A stretch of 27,762 bases of DNA from Thermoproteota archaeon (GTDB taxonomy: Archaea > Korarchaeota > Korarchaeia > Korarchaeales > JAOZGB01): positions 1-27,762 of the forward strand of contig JAVCBU010000010.1 in the NCBI GenBank assembly GCA_037917685.1, given 5' to 3'. Position 1 is the first letter of the stretch; every line of letters starts with the position of its first letter. Below the pieces are notes generated by a model. It was not told the DNA's origin, did not search any database, and was given only the letters and a program-made list of their open reading frames with translations. Below are positions 17,549 to 27,251 of the stretch, piece by piece. A program made the translations under genes and the position numbers.

Positions 17549-18148
17549 TTAGCTTAGAATTTCCCTTGAGAGTTTCTCTATCTTTTTAACTTCCCCAACC
17601 TCTGCCTCCCCGTCTATTTCAGCCTTTTCAACATATCTCACCCGGTCAACCTCTGCTCCACGCTCCACTTTAACCTCTATCCCCTCTACTTCTTCTACCT
17701 CAGCCTTCTTTCTAATTCTCACTTTCCTACCTATTATTGTCCCCCTAACCTTCGACTTCCTGCCTATTTCCACCTTATCCGCCACTATCTCAGATGCTGA
17801 GGCTGACCCTGAGAGAACAAACGATCTTGCAGTGATTCTTCCAGCCTTGATGGTTCCTGAAACCTCGACATCCCCTCCCCTAACTTCCCTCCCAATCTTT
17901 ACAGCCCCTGAAACCTCGAGTCTTTCGGATTTAAGGTTTCCCTCAACCTTCATGCTCCCCGCTACCGTAAGCTCCTCTACTTCAAGGTTTCCCTCAATCT
18001 CGCCCGAGCCGCTCACGGAGAGCTCCTCACCAAACCCGTCCCCCACTACCCTTAAAGAGCCGGAAACACTTATTCTCCCAAACCTTGTGGGACCCTTCAG
18101 CCTAACCGAGCCACTAACATGCAAATCCTCAACTTCCCGCATCTGCAC
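17549..18148 (-). CDS. Bactofilin-like (polymer-forming) beta-helical repeat protein
   Basis: Repeated L/V-x-VSGS-x-x-V/I-x-G units spaced about 16-17 aa apart. Confidence 0.7.
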   Translation of the reverse strand: MQMREVEDLHVSGSVRLKGPTRFGRISVSGSLRVVGDGFGEELSVSGSGEIEGNLEVEELTVAGSMKVEGNLKSERLEVSGAVKIGREVRGGDVEVSGTIKAGRITARSFVLSGSASASEIVADKVEIGRKSKVRGTIIGRKVRIRKKAEVEEVEGIEVKVERGAEVDRVRYVEKAEIDGEAEVGEVKKIEKLSREILS

Positions 18149-18205
18149 CCTTTGGAAATTAATGTATCAAAAATTATAAAATTGACTCACAAATTGTTAG
18201 TTAAT

Positions 18206-18463
18206 GTGAGAAGGTATAGGTGTATTCACGATATCATCCACGACATACTATCTACAATAGCTGATGGAGAGAGGGGTATAACAGAGCTCTGCCTTAACGC
18301 AGGCATCCCTGTTGACAGGGGGAGGAAAATCGTGGACTATCTTGTTGCGTGCGGGCTATTAACCACTAGCTTCGCTGGGAAGAGGATAACCTACCAGATC
18401 ACTGTTGCAGGCTACCAGTGGATAGGGACCTACAAGCGCCTAAACGAGCTGTTAAGGATGTAA
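18206..18463 (+). CDS. Archaeal winged-helix transcriptional regulator
   Basis: GTG start at 18206; R..HDIIHDIL..GITEL..YLVACGLL..YQITVAG. Confidence 0.8.
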   Translation: MRRYRCIHDIIHDILSTIADGERGITELCLNAGIPVDRGRKIVDYLVACGLLTTSFAGKRITYQITVAGYQWIGTYKRLNELLRM

Positions 18464-18505
18464 ACTTAACATCGTTTTTATAAGCTGAGATGGAATCTTA
18501 ACCTG

Positions 18506-19174
18506 GTGTTTCTCAGGATAGGGCATAGGGGTGCAAGGGCTTACAGGCCTGAGAACACGATTTCAAGCTTCGCCTATGCAGTCGAGCTTGGGGCTAACGC
18601 CGTGGAGTTCGATATTAGGAGGACCAGGGATGGCTGGATAGTGGTTATCCACGATGAAACTGTAGACAGGGTATCAGACGGGACCGGCCTTGTTAGAGAA
18701 CTAACCTTAGAGGATATTAGAAAGCTTAACGTGGATGGTGAGAAAATACCAACACTAAGGGAAGCCCTAGAATTCCTAGCTGGAAAAGTGGAGAAGATTC
18801 TCGTCGAGCTAAAGGAGGCCGGATATGAGGAGCAGGTGCTGGCCGAGGTGGAAAGGTGCGGTTTAACAAGCGATGTAATACTGATATCCTTCCACCAGGA
18901 TGCACTCAGGAACATTAGAATGCTAAACCCAAGTATTGAGACAGGCCTAATCTACGTGAAACACACCAACCCTATCCAGGCAGCCCTATCACTAAGGGCA
19001 AACTACCTTGTTGCATTCTACAAGTTTGTCCACAAGCAACATATAGACATGACACACAGAAAGGGATTTAAAATCCTCGTGTGGACTATCAACGACCGGA
19101 GAGAAGCGGAAAAATATGCTAGGATGGGTGTTGACGGTGTAGCAAGCGATAAACCAGACATACTGAAATTCTAA
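18506..19174 (+). CDS. Glycerophosphodiester phosphodiesterase (GDPD/UgpQ-like)
   Basis: GHRGA..PENT, VEFDIRRTRDG..VIHD, VELK, WTIN and GVDGVASD. Confidence 0.93.
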   Translation: MFLRIGHRGARAYRPENTISSFAYAVELGANAVEFDIRRTRDGWIVVIHDETVDRVSDGTGLVRELTLEDIRKLNVDGEKIPTLREALEFLAGKVEKILVELKEAGYEEQVLAEVERCGLTSDVILISFHQDALRNIRMLNPSIETGLIYVKHTNPIQAALSLRANYLVAFYKFVHKQHIDMTHRKGFKILVWTINDRREAEKYARMGVDGVASDKPDILKF

Positions 19175-19278
19175 TATTCTGGCCTAACTCCAAACTCTAC
19201 ATGTTCCCCGGCATTCATCCCTACGGCCTTTGGGGTTCCTTTGGAAGACCGTGTAGTAAGATTTAAGGGTGAAGTTTA

Positions 19279-19992
19279 TCATACATTATACGCTTTTACT
19301 GTTAAGCTTACGGTGTCGAGGTGTAGGAGTCTGCGGTTTCCGATTTCCCGCCATTCACCTTGGATTGTCTTGAGATGTTCAGATGAGGCTACAATGTATC
19401 TGTCTGCCTTCAGGTATTTCATGGTGTAGTATTTTGGGTGTTTCGTCTGTTCTTTCATGCTGTAGTAGTTTAGCACATAGGCGTCTCTCCCGTTTGTGAG
19501 TATGAGGTTGAGAGCCGTGTAATTCTTTATCTTTCTTACGGTTTCCTTGATCGCTACTGCAGGGTTTCCATGTATGCTGATGTTTTCGAGTATTTTATGG
19601 AAGAGTTTTTCTGAGTCGCTTCCACCTTTAAAATCCGGGTCTTCAATTGTTCCGTTGTGGCAGAAATACCAGCCGTCTCTTTCGAAGGGGTGGGTGAAGT
19701 CTTTGCTTTTGGGAAGTCTAGGCGACGCCTTCCTGGCGTGTAGGAGGAGAAGGTCGAAGCCGCCTGTGTAAAGTTCATGGTACCTTTCGTCAGCCCAGCA
19801 TGGGATGGCTTCCCTGTAGTGTTCAAGTTTACCGTTTATTCTTCGGACGTATCCCCAGCCGTCTCCATGCATGTGGCCGGGAGTGCCGGAGAACTCGTGC
19901 ACCTCGTTATTATTCTGAGCCATCTGTAGGAAGCCGTCAAGAAGCTCCTTGACGGGCATGTTCCCTACCGCTATGAGCATCCTGCAGTCCAC
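19279..19992 (-). CDS. Class II glutamine amidotransferase (YafJ/EgtC-like)
   Basis: CRML, HGDGWG, HARKAS, THPF, FCHNGTI and SDSE; GTG start at 19992 after GGGTGA. Confidence 0.88.
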   Translation of the reverse strand: MDCRMLIAVGNMPVKELLDGFLQMAQNNNEVHEFSGTPGHMHGDGWGYVRRINGKLEHYREAIPCWADERYHELYTGGFDLLLLHARKASPRLPKSKDFTHPFERDGWYFCHNGTIEDPDFKGGSDSEKLFHKILENISIHGNPAVAIKETVRKIKNYTALNLILTNGRDAYVLNYYSMKEQTKHPKYYTMKYLKADRYIVASSEHLKTIQGEWREIGNRRLLHLDTVSLTVKAYNV

Positions 19993-20005
19993 GGCCTTCA
20001 CCCTG

Positions 20006-21844
20006 TTATGATAGGGATTCATGGAAGAACTCGGCCATCCTCCTGTAGAGCATCTTCCTGTTCTTCTTTTTCAGTATGCCGTGGCCCTCGTCCTCGAACA
20101 CAAGCAGCTCATACTTTATCCCAGCCTTGTTGAGCCTTCCTATCACTTCCTCTACGTTCTTAGGGGTTACGTTGGGGTCGTTTGCGCCCTGAACTATTAG
20201 TATTCTACCCTTTATCTGGTGTATGTAGTTTATCGGTGATCTTTCATAGTATATTTCCGGCACCTCCTCGGGGCTTCCGCCTAGCATCTGCTCTGAGTAC
20301 GGCCTTAGATCAGGCCTTGTTGTTTCGTAGTCTACTACTAGGTCGGTCATGCCGCATATTGGTACTGCCGCCTTGAAAAGATCCGGGGCCTTGGTTATGG
20401 CGTACCATGCTGAGTATCCCCCATAGCTTGTCCCCGTAATCCCTATCTTCCCCTTATCGGCTATTCCACGCTCCACCAGTGCTTCAGCTCCTGTCCATAT
20501 GTCTACCTGCTCTTCGCTTCCCCAGCCGTGAACCCTAATTAAATCCTCGAATTCCAGCCCGTAGCCGGTTGATCCTCTATAATTTGGGGCCAGAACGTTG
20601 AATCCTCTAGCCGCCAAATACTGCACCACAGGGATTATTTCGTCCTCAACATGGGCAGTGGGGCCGCCATGCACATATATTATAGCCTTCTTAGAAGGCT
20701 TCCTGGCCCGGTAGAGCCAGCCATGAATGGTGAGGCCATCCCTGGACTTCCATTCGAAGCTTTCAGCAGGGGCAAGGTCGCCTGGCTTAATCTTAGTATA
20801 GTTCCATACGTGTGTCAGCGGCTTAAACTTTGAGGGGTCAACATCTTCAGGGTTAAATATAACAATCTCGTCAGGCTGGGTAGAGGAATAGTAAAGGCCC
20901 ACCCAGCTATCTCCCGCAGGGCCTATAGGTATAAGTGAGCCCCTTATCTCGGGGAGCCGTGTTTCCTCCATCGACTCCAGGTCTATGATTGAAGCTCTCG
21001 GCTTTGACTTCCAGTATTCTATTAGCACCAGGTGGTTCCCGTTCCACGGGCAAGTTATCCTTTCAACATTACGTTTAGGGTCGTCGACAACCCATTCAAC
21101 CTCGCCGGATTCGACATGGTATATTCCAACGGAGTAATATTTCTGGAGCTCTACCCCCTTGGACTCCGTTATGAAGGCTATCCTCCTGCCGTCTGGAAGC
21201 CAGACAGCGTCAACCCTCGCTTTAGCCCCGAAGTTCAATACTTCCCTGTCTTCTCTCCCTTCGATGTCTACAAGCCAGTACTGGTCCCCTCTGGGGTGAA
21301 GGTCCTTACGATTGTAGAGAACAAGGCTTCCATCCATGTTTAATAAGGGTACTATCCATGCAGGCTTCCTCGGCTTCGCCAGTACAATCCTTTCCCCAGT
21401 CTTAAGGTCGTGCCGGATGATCCATGTGGGCTCAATCTCACACTTCCTGTCTACGTCATAGTTTGCACCGTAGACAAGCCACCTCCTGTTTGGGTGAAGC
21501 ATCCCACCACGCAGGAAGTACTCGGGATCATCCTCTGTAAGCGGGATCATACGGCCTGGCTCGTTTAGGAAAACCTCGTAGAGCCTAATCCTCTCATTTC
21601 TACCCTTATCCTGCCCAACAACCACGGACTTGGAGTCAGGCGAGATGCTCACGGGGAAAGTAGCCTCAGGGGTATCTGTAAGAGCAAGGGGACCCGTGGA
21701 GGCGCCGGTTGGAACCAGAAATACATCTATATTCGGGTGTACATTAAGCCATGCATAGACGACGTACCTGGAATCCCTTGAGATAAGAGGCCTATAAATC
21801 TTAGGGATTGACAATAGCGCCTCTATGAAGTCCTCACTCATCAT
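20006..21844 (-). CDS. S9-family (acylaminoacyl/prolyl oligo-) peptidase
   Basis: Beta-propeller N-terminal domain; HGGP, NYRGSTGYG, nucleophile GTSYGG, GANDPNV and EDEGHG; GGAGGTG RBS before the ATG at 21844. Confidence 0.93.
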   Translation of the reverse strand: MMSEDFIEALLSIPKIYRPLISRDSRYVVYAWLNVHPNIDVFLVPTGASTGPLALTDTPEATFPVSISPDSKSVVVGQDKGRNERIRLYEVFLNEPGRMIPLTEDDPEYFLRGGMLHPNRRWLVYGANYDVDRKCEIEPTWIIRHDLKTGERIVLAKPRKPAWIVPLLNMDGSLVLYNRKDLHPRGDQYWLVDIEGREDREVLNFGAKARVDAVWLPDGRRIAFITESKGVELQKYYSVGIYHVESGEVEWVVDDPKRNVERITCPWNGNHLVLIEYWKSKPRASIIDLESMEETRLPEIRGSLIPIGPAGDSWVGLYYSSTQPDEIVIFNPEDVDPSKFKPLTHVWNYTKIKPGDLAPAESFEWKSRDGLTIHGWLYRARKPSKKAIIYVHGGPTAHVEDEIIPVVQYLAARGFNVLAPNYRGSTGYGLEFEDLIRVHGWGSEEQVDIWTGAEALVERGIADKGKIGITGTSYGGYSAWYAITKAPDLFKAAVPICGMTDLVVDYETTRPDLRPYSEQMLGGSPEEVPEIYYERSPINYIHQIKGRILIVQGANDPNVTPKNVEEVIGRLNKAGIKYELLVFEDEGHGILKKKNRKMLYRRMAEFFHESLS

Positions 21845-21920
21845 AACACCTCCCGGCTTCCACAATTGGATAATCACATCCCCTCATCCTTTTAAGATTA
21901 AGCCATTGTATTCTAAGGGT

Positions 21921-22943
21921 TTAAGGTCTAAGTCCTAGGAGGATTGCTATCATCAGAGACGAAGCTGTAAGGTCTGCTGTTGCCCCTGGGTTCATCATGC
22001 CTCCTTGTGATCTGAGTTCCCTGTCAAGCTTCCATGTTGCCTCTAAGCCTTCATCAGTAAGAGGTCCACCAAGCGATAGTATTTCCCTAGCCTTCCTAGA
22101 AACCTCTACAGCCTTATTGAAACCCCTCTCTGCTGCCTTCCGGATGTCGCTTATGTTGCTGGTAAGCCCTACCTTTCTTGCTATGAAGCTGTCAGGGTGT
22201 TCTGATAGTATTTTAAGGAATGTGTAAACTACAGCCTTGTTCAAACTGCCTGTTTCCCTGTAGATCTTGGTAAGGGTGGGATATCCCAGCTCAAATGATA
22301 CCTGCATTCTTGTTGTCAGCTCTCTAGCAATATTATCCCAGCCTGCAGAGTACTCTAACACGTCATACAGGGTGATGCCTCTTTCAACGAGCTTACTCCT
22401 AGCATCCTTGTCAAAGATGCTTGGAGGCCCCTTGGGGTCATCTATACCGCCGAGGCCGGAGGCCCCTGACGCAATGATTGCATCGTACATGTCAGCAGCG
22501 TCCTCAGGCCTCGTAGACCTAACTATTTTACCTACGGATTCGCGGAGCCCTTGGGATTCGATGCTTCCCCATTTAGCGGTGGTATAGCCGGCTGAAGCCG
22601 ACAAGGGTATTAGAAGCATTATCGTACCCAAATGGGTGTTTCCACCCTTATGCCAGAGCTTTTCCTCGCGGACCGCGTCCCTGATAAGCTTTCCAACCCT
22701 TATCATGTCCACCTTTATCTTGCCAAGCCCGGCTTTGTATCCCTGTAGGGCTGCAGCCCTCGCCGCCGGCCCTAGGGCTATAGAGCCTGCTATAAACTGT
22801 TCAAAAGTAGCATCCTCAAAGTCACTTGTCCGATGGACATTTCCGGGTTTAGGCCATCCGCAGACCTCAAGGGCTGAGGCGAGCTGTGCTGCCCTCATAA
22901 CGTCGTCAGCCATTCTAATGGCAACATGCTGGTCCATGTTCAA
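21921..22943 (-). CDS. citG: CitG-family triphosphoribosyl-dephospho-CoA synthase-like protein (archaeal type)
   Basis: LEV..WPKPGNVHR..DF, NTHLG..LL.PL and NPGATADL. Confidence 0.85.
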   Translation of the reverse strand: MNMDQHVAIRMADDVMRAAQLASALEVCGWPKPGNVHRTSDFEDATFEQFIAGSIALGPAARAAALQGYKAGLGKIKVDMIRVGKLIRDAVREEKLWHKGGNTHLGTIMLLIPLSASAGYTTAKWGSIESQGLRESVGKIVRSTRPEDAADMYDAIIASGASGLGGIDDPKGPPSIFDKDARSKLVERGITLYDVLEYSAGWDNIARELTTRMQVSFELGYPTLTKIYRETGSLNKAVVYTFLKILSEHPDSFIARKVGLTSNISDIRKAAERGFNKAVEVSRKAREILSLGGPLTDEGLEATWKLDRELRSQGGMMNPGATADLTASSLMIAILLGLRP

Positions 22944-23121
22944 TTAACAGCCCTTCTTCAATATTAACAGTACCTGAAAGTATGGTTAAGTAGTTTGAGG
23001 TTTGCCCCGGTGTCATGTTGGAAACCTTTAATAACGCTGTTGAATCCCAATAATGTAGGGAACTCTATTTGGCGACGAGTTTGTTAGGGAAAATGGTGAG
23101 GTTTAGAGGGCTATTCTTAGA

Positions 23122-23457
23122 ATGGTTAAGGAGTCGAGGTTTTCAGGTATTCTAATAGCAGGCAGCCCGGTTTTAGAGTTAGAGGTTACATTTATTTATG
23201 GTGAGCCCTTCCTGTTGAATGGTAAGCTTTCGGGGTCAGAGCTCACAGGAGAAGCATACCATACAATGAGCTTCCCTGGGACGTACAGGTTAGAGGGTAA
23301 ACCCGCTGGGGAGATAGTATCTGAAGTTACCGGTAGGTGTAAAATTAGGATAGAGCCGTTAGAAAGTAGATTTATGAACCTTGAGGCTATGCCGTCGACA
23401 CTACGGGGGGAGAGGTTTCAGGACTTATATGTGTTAGTGAGAGATATGTTTCGATGA
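23122..23457 (+). CDS. Hypothetical protein, possibly part of a frameshifted gene extending to 23591
   Basis: 111-aa ORF; an overlapping frame continues as ..MTNGEPHLAVDLSGEV..YVGR*. Confidence 0.4.
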   Translation: MVKESRFSGILIAGSPVLELEVTFIYGEPFLLNGKLSGSELTGEAYHTMSFPGTYRLEGKPAGEIVSEVTGRCKIRIEPLESRFMNLEAMPSTLRGERFQDLYVLVRDMFR

Positions 23458-23685
23458 CTAATGGGGAGCCGCACCTGGCGGTAGATCTCAGCGGAGAAGT
23501 CGCAACTACAAATTTCGATCCTGAAAGGTTTCTGGAAGCCCTGGGAAGCTCGCCGTATATGAGTATCCTCCCGAGATATGTAGGCAGGTGATCCCTCCGA
23601 GGCCGCCGTCGATTGAGAGAAAGCCTCCGGTTATGAAGTTTGAAGATTGGATAGGCTACTGATAGGCTGTGAGTGTAATAGCCTA

Positions 23686-26001
23686 CTATTCTCCTATTCT
23701 TAGGTGTAGGGCTGCTTCTGCAGCGTAAACCATGCAAGCCTGTTTTGTCTCGTTTCTTGTTGTCCCAGCCACTACAGCCACGGTTTGGCTCCTCCTCCAA
23801 ACATCTCTCCTACATACAAATATGATGGTGTTCTCTTTCTCCAGCCTTTCCTTCTCACTCTGGTTTAAGACCCTGCCTGAAAGGACCCCGGTTTTTGGAG
23901 CTAGATGTCCTCCCACGAGTATGAGTCTTGAACATGTGGTAATCATGGGCGTGTCCGGGCTTACGATTTCAACATTGGTTATTCCAGCCTGTTCCAGTCC
24001 TTTTTTAAGTATGAGAGCCGACGGCCTGTCTATCTCATTTGTCACGACTAGGAGGTTAAGATCGACCACTATTATGCAATGGTCGTATACCTGAGCCTCA
24101 ATGGTTATAGGCCCGTCGCCCTGGAAGGGAAGGGTCTTACAGCCGCCTAGGAAGTCTATCTGGCGGATCTCCGCGACCTCCAAGGGGTTTAGGTCGATGG
24201 TTAGCTTAAAGGTCTGCAATTCAGGTTTAAGATCCCATGGACCTATCCCCTTAAGGTTTAATATCTTCACTATTACTTTGTCTCCCTTCCCGTCCACCTT
24301 TAACACTAGGTCATCCCATTCGGCTACCCTAGCCATGGAATACACGTCCAACTCTTCCAGAAGACTTCTAAACTCGGACAGGGGAGCCTCAGGGTTTCCT
24401 TCCCCACAGAAGATGACGCCACTGGTTTCCATGTAGTATTCAACACCCAGCAGGTCTTCCTTATGGTATACCCTACCTGCGGGGAGGCTTCTATTTACAG
24501 GGTTTCCATACTGGTCGAGGCTTAAGGGATTTGGGCCTGTTATGATAACCATGCCTCTTCTAGCATATTCCATAAGCAGCTGGTACTCCCTGTCTGAAAT
24601 ACATTTGACATCTGGCAGGATGACAAGACCTGGGGTTTTAGACCCGTCCATTGATGTTTGGAGGATATGCTCAAAGCTTGTAGCAATCCTGTATGGAAGT
24701 CCCAGGTCTAGAAGCATCATGGAAACCCCCATGAACTCCATGAAGTATTCTCCCTCCCAGTCTCCATTTGATCCGCCGAATCTCAGAGTATCCTCCGAAT
24801 AGTACACTGCAATGTCGGAGTAGTCTGATACTCCATAGTAGTAATCCCTATACTCATCTATCCACCTGAATATGGTGGCACGGTTCTCATAGCTGACAGA
24901 CCCTGTCATAAGGGGAAGCTTTGCATCGTAGTAGTTTCCATTGGAGAAAAGGATGCTTGCAGCTAGCATTCTCTGGCCCTCTGGACTCGTAGAGTATGAC
25001 ATTACCCATGAAGGTTTATCACGGTCAACAGCCCTAAAATACCGGTAGACCACTAGGTCGCGTAGGAACATGTACTTACATGCATATTCAGGCATGCATG
25101 TTGCAGAGTGGTACTCATGGCTGAACCAGTCCACGCTGTCCCTCATAGCCAGCGGGCTCCATGCCTCCCTTACGGATTCAGCGTCTATCCCCCTCCAGTG
25201 CTCCACTACAACTTTGAAGTTTGGGTCGACGCTTCTAACATTGTCTCTTATATCCTTTATGAAGCATGCTATCTTCTCCTGCCTCCATACTATCCACCTC
25301 CTCCACGCCGGGCTACTCCAGTCTACGGTGTCAGAAATCTCATACCCCGTTTCAGCCTTAAACAAGGCCTTACAGTCCTCGCAGTGGCATGCCCACTCGT
25401 CTTCCCAGTCTCCGAAGTCGCATTGGAACTTGGGCACGTCAATCCACACCCCGTCAACCCCGGTTGAAGCCAGCTTTCTCATGTCCTCCATGACGATCTC
25501 CCTGTAAACAGGATCGTTAGGGCAGAGCCAGGCGTCTTCAGCGTGTTCCGGAACCCAGAATGCAATGTTCCCGTAGAAAACAGCCTTATCCCCTGAGATT
25601 CCAACCTGCAGCCACTCAGGATGCTCCGTGTAAAGGCTGCTCTTATCGGGGTCAACCACCCCATTAGAATCCATGTCAACGTCGAGGGTGACATATTCGA
25701 GTGGCGCCCTGTAAACAAGAACCTTAAGCCCCCTACTGTGAGCAAGCTTTGCAACCATTTTGAGATGCTCCACATCTCTGTCCGTAAGGGTTATACCCTC
25801 GCTGGGCGGCCAGGTTAAGATCACATTTACATTGTCCCTTAATGCCTGGCTTATCATTTCATCAACGTTTTCTCTCCCGTAGTCGGACCAGTAAGCTGCT
25901 ATTCTACCATTTAAACCCCAGTCATCCCCACCCGTCTGTTTATAAGGAGTGAAGCTTACTGCAAGGAGCACTAGTAACAGTATTGGAGAATTAACCCTCA
26001 T
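23686..26001 (-). CDS. Secreted glycoside-hydrolase-like protein (TIM barrel, GH42-like trimerisation domain, archaeal surface-anchoring-type C-terminal domain)
   Basis: Signal peptide; HPEWLQ, WLCPNDPVYR, GVDGVWID, CHCEDCK..F, IAVYYS and LVILPDVKCISD; C-terminal LILVGG...VAVVAGTTR. Confidence 0.75.
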   Translation of the reverse strand: MRVNSPILLLVLLAVSFTPYKQTGGDDWGLNGRIAAYWSDYGRENVDEMISQALRDNVNVILTWPPSEGITLTDRDVEHLKMVAKLAHSRGLKVLVYRAPLEYVTLDVDMDSNGVVDPDKSSLYTEHPEWLQVGISGDKAVFYGNIAFWVPEHAEDAWLCPNDPVYREIVMEDMRKLASTGVDGVWIDVPKFQCDFGDWEDEWACHCEDCKALFKAETGYEISDTVDWSSPAWRRWIVWRQEKIACFIKDIRDNVRSVDPNFKVVVEHWRGIDAESVREAWSPLAMRDSVDWFSHEYHSATCMPEYACKYMFLRDLVVYRYFRAVDRDKPSWVMSYSTSPEGQRMLAASILFSNGNYYDAKLPLMTGSVSYENRATIFRWIDEYRDYYYGVSDYSDIAVYYSEDTLRFGGSNGDWEGEYFMEFMGVSMMLLDLGLPYRIATSFEHILQTSMDGSKTPGLVILPDVKCISDREYQLLMEYARRGMVIITGPNPLSLDQYGNPVNRSLPAGRVYHKEDLLGVEYYMETSGVIFCGEGNPEAPLSEFRSLLEELDVYSMARVAEWDDLVLKVDGKGDKVIVKILNLKGIGPWDLKPELQTFKLTIDLNPLEVAEIRQIDFLGGCKTLPFQGDGPITIEAQVYDHCIIVVDLNLLVVTNEIDRPSALILKKGLEQAGITNVEIVSPDTPMITTCSRLILVGGHLAPKTGVLSGRVLNQSEKERLEKENTIIFVCRRDVWRRSQTVAVVAGTTRNETKQACMVYAAEAALHLRIGE

Positions 26002-26147
26002 GGTAAAACCTTTACCTACTGGCTCTACGTAAACTCTTAAATATCACCAATATCAGTGTTCAGCTGTCTACTGCCGCTTGATCTAAAATTCCTATCATTA
26101 AATGCTCTGCTAATGTATCACGTTACAAGACAATGGGCTGTGTCAGG

Positions 26148-27011
26148 TTACATGGCGGTGAAAACCTTCTTCATCAGCTCCCTTGACCTGTTTCTAATAG
26201 TTACCTCTGTCACGCCAGCTGCCACTGAGATCTCCCTCTGAGTGCGATGTATACCAGCCTCCTGGCATGCAAGGTATATGGCGGCTGCTGAGATTCCCCA
26301 TGGCTCCTTGCCGGTCGTAATACCCTTTTCCCTGGCCATCTTCACTATCTGCAGGCTTCTGGCGACAAGCTTGTCCGGAAGTCCGAGCTTAGAGGCTATC
26401 ATTGGGATGTAGTCAGATGGGCTGGGAGGCGGTATGCTCACCCCCATCCTCTTGAATAAGAGCCTAAGCGACTTTCCAAGCTCCTTCTCACTTATTTTAA
26501 AATGCCCAGCAACCTCCCTCATACTTCTGGGGGTGTGGGTTCTCCTACAGGCAGCGTATACAACGGCTGCAAGCATGGATCTTACGCTTCTTCCCTTAAC
26601 TAATCCGGCGGAAGAGGCTTTCCGGTACAGTATAGCAGCGTCCTGGCTTGTCACCCTTGGGAGGTTAAGCTTCGCTGATGCCTGCTGGAGCATCTTTAAA
26701 GCGTTACTCAAACTCTTCTCCGTGGAGATGCTTCTTATCATCTTCTGAGTTTTAGCAAGTCTTCTAGCCATGGTCACATTTTCCCCTGCCGCATGGATGT
26801 CTGAGGTTAGGTTGTAATTTGTACTGTCAGGCCTTATTGCAACGCCTGTCCTAGCTCTGGATCTGAACTCGTCGGTGTCGAAGCCACGCCAGTCCCTGCC
26901 AGCGTCAACCATTCTTTCAGAAATAATAAGCCCGCAGTCATGGCAGACGATTTCACCGATATCTGGCTCGTAGGCCAGGTTAGAACCGCCACAAACCGGA
27001 CAGGTCTCCAC
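26148..27011 (-). CDS. tfb: Transcription initiation factor IIB (TFB)
   Basis: Zn ribbon CPVCG..GEIVCHDCG, WRGF B-reader, two cyclin repeats (GRS..AAVVYAACR; GKEP..AAAIYLA) and VTEVTIRNR. Confidence 0.95.
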   Translation of the reverse strand: METCPVCGGSNLAYEPDIGEIVCHDCGLIISERMVDAGRDWRGFDTDEFRSRARTGVAIRPDSTNYNLTSDIHAAGENVTMARRLAKTQKMIRSISTEKSLSNALKMLQQASAKLNLPRVTSQDAAILYRKASSAGLVKGRSVRSMLAAVVYAACRRTHTPRSMREVAGHFKISEKELGKSLRLLFKRMGVSIPPPSPSDYIPMIASKLGLPDKLVARSLQIVKMAREKGITTGKEPWGISAAAIYLACQEAGIHRTQREISVAAGVTEVTIRNRSRELMKKVFTAM

Positions 27012-27251
27012 TATTATTTAAACACCTATCTAACCTAATACAAACCGGGCTTCTTAAATCTTACTAGTAGAATTACTTAACGAAGACTGGCAATTAGTGA
27101 TATAATATTCAAAGTCCCGCCTCAGCACGTCGTAACCCGCTTAAACAATAGCTCCAAATAAACTAAAACCCTCCTCCGCTTTCATCTACATTAGAAGTAT
27201 GATTTGGTTCTCCTAGAGAAAAGGAGGGGGAAGGTAGAAGTTAGCGCAACG

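Noticed and set aside
23387-25818. Multiple overlapping ORFs of 65-145 aa around the GH-like gene
   Set aside because: They are antisense or alternate-frame shadows of longer genes with recognisable motifs.
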